The translations under genes were made by a program, and so were the position numbers. Under the pieces are notes generated by a model. The model was not told the origin of the DNA. It did no database searches and worked only from the letters and a program-made list of their open reading frames with translations. DNA of 62,660 nucleotides, counting the filler, from Thelocarpon superellum (Eukaryota): the NCBI GenBank assembly GCA_026025795.1. It is 5 parts of 5 records of this genome, joined end to end, with 100 filler letters (N's around TTAATTAATTAA, not from the genome) between each part and the next. Parts side by side here need not be neighbours in the genome. Positions count along the whole stretch, not along the records: positions 50,249 to 62,660 come from JAPEUG010000486.1; 4 more parts are not named here. The stretch is one strand, 5' to 3'. Shown here piece after piece: positions 60,995 to 62,660 of the stretch; within the stretch, counting starts at the first letter, position 1; the number at the start of each line of letters is the position of its first letter.

Positions 60995-62296
60995 ATGGCG
61001 ATGAGGAGGACGCATCAAAAGTCCAAGCTCGGATGCACCCAGTGTAAGCTGCGGCGGGTCAAGGTGGGTGGAGAGCACAAGGCATCCGGCGTCGGACGTC
61101 AGGCGTCAGGCATCCGGCAGGCTTGGTCTCGTAGCAGCGAGTAAGACTGACGCGTGCCGCAGTGTGACGAAGGGCGGCCCCTGTGCTCCGGGTGCGCGAG
61201 ACGAGAGATCGAGTGCGTGTACCAGGTCGAGCGGTCGGCGAAACGAACGCCGCCTATCGGCCCATCGGCCTCGCAGGCGCGCGGTGGAGGCCACGATGGT
61301 CTGGCGCACGTGGAGACGGGGGCCGGGGTGGGGGTGAGCCCGACGTCGGGACCCCGACGGGCCAAGGCCGGGGCCAAGCCAGCGCTCAACGTGAAGGATC
61401 TCGAGCTGCTGCACCACTACACCACCGTCACCTACCTGAGCCTCTCCACCGCGGCCATGGACCACAAGGAGCTGTGGCAGGTGCACATGGTGCACATGGC
61501 GCTGGAGAACGAGTATCTCCTCCGCGGCATCCTGGCCATCTCCGCCATGCACCTGGCCTTTCTCCGGCCCGAGCGGCGAGACTATTACGCCGAGCAGGCG
61601 TCGGAGCATCAGAGTCTCGCCATCCGCTCCTTTCATTCCGCCCTGGCCCACGTGGACGGCGGCAACTGCCACGCCGTCTTTGCCTTTTCCTGCCTCGTCG
61701 TGCTCATCGCCTTTGCCGTGTCGGCGCCCAGTCCGGGCAACGACGTGCCCGACGCGCGGCGCACCATGCTGAACTGGATCTATCTGGTGCGGGGCACGGA
61801 GTCGGTCTTGGCCTCGCACGTGGGCGAGCTCGCCGGCGGCACGTTGGCCCCCTTGTTGCGCGACATCTTGCCGCTCGACATCTCCGCCGCCGAGGCGTCG
61901 CCCGACGACGGGCGTATCGCCAGCCTCGTCGAGCTCTGCGACAGCCCCGCGCTGCAGGAGGAGGCCGGCACGCGCGAGGCCTACGACGTGACCATTTCGA
62001 ACCTCCGGGAATCCTACCGCGAGGCCTCCTACCTGGCCAAGAAGGGATCCGACAACATCACGCCCATCTTCAGCTGGCCCATCCATGTGCCCCAAGCATA
62101 CCTCAACTTCTTGGTCGAGGGACGACCGGAGGCGATGATCATCTTTGCCTACTATGCCACGCTGGTGCATCGGCTTGACAACCAGTGGTACCTGCAGAGT
62201 TGGTCTCATTCCCACGTTCAAGCCATCGCCCGCTCGATAGGGGAGGAGTGGCAGGGCTGGTTGAGCTGGCCCAAGCACGAGCTCGGGATCCCATAG
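60995..62296 (+). CDS. Zn(II)2Cys6 transcription factor (Upc2/Ecm22-like, fungal-specific C-terminal domain)
   Basis: MAMRRTHQKSKLGCTQCKLRRVK|CDEGRPLCSGCARREIECVY with intron 61064-61162; DLELLHHYTTVT..YLLRGILAISAMHLA..WPIHVP..PEAMIIFAYY..LSWP. Confidence 0.92.
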
Positions 62297-62660
62297 GGAA
62301 ATCAGCTGTATGTCATCCCTAGAGAGGGGCTTCATCGGATGATCAGCCGTAGGCGTTTACCAAAGGTCAGAAGTCTTTTTCAACCGCACCATCTTCAGCG
62401 CTATCACGGTTTGACTTTTGTTCATCTTTCCAAATACCTTGGTTTCTTCACATGGCACGATGATCCAGCGAGCGAGGTCTCGTCTCGTTGTTCATCGAGG
62501 GAGCTCAACGTTCAAGCACACCGATACTAACCGGTTTCAAGACGAAGATTGTATTGCCAGGACGGGCACTCTTGCCTCCTTTCTCGCCAACAACGAAGCC
62601 GGCTTTCCACTGATTGAGTGGCAGCACGTCTTGGACGAGGGAGGTTTGCACCCGACATTC

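Overview
This is GC-rich, intron-containing genomic DNA from a filamentous ascomycete (Pezizomycotina-type genes and splice signals). It is not one locus. Four identical 100-nt spacers (N44-TTAATTAATTAA-N44) join five contigs of steadily decreasing length (12486, 12474, 12467, 12421, 12412 nt), so adjacency across spacers means nothing. Manual splicing supports about 24 intact or edge-truncated genes: long-chain alcohol oxidase, FYVE protein, ARL3/ARFRP1, DUS1, BNI4; GH125, large PPR protein, UMP1, UBL3/MUB, ERG8; PAF-AH-like hydrolase, mitochondrial AAA ATPase, SRRM1/PWI, EAF6, PCD1 Nudix, an orphan, AMS1 5' end; synaptojanin, an orphan, a ubiquitin-like-domain protein; HSP12, F-box, PhiA-like protein, Zn2Cys6 factor. 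There are also two decaying genes: a NACHT-ankyrin fungal NLR and an ABCB transporter. The best leads are (1) a short G/N/Q-rich first exon on the NLR that looks like an amyloid signalling motif in place of an effector domain, and (2) a PPR-gene 5' leader with two uORFs, one of which is moved by splicing so that it stops directly against the main ATG. No tRNA, rRNA, CRISPR array or intact transposon was recognised. All family assignments come from motif recognition, not database searches.
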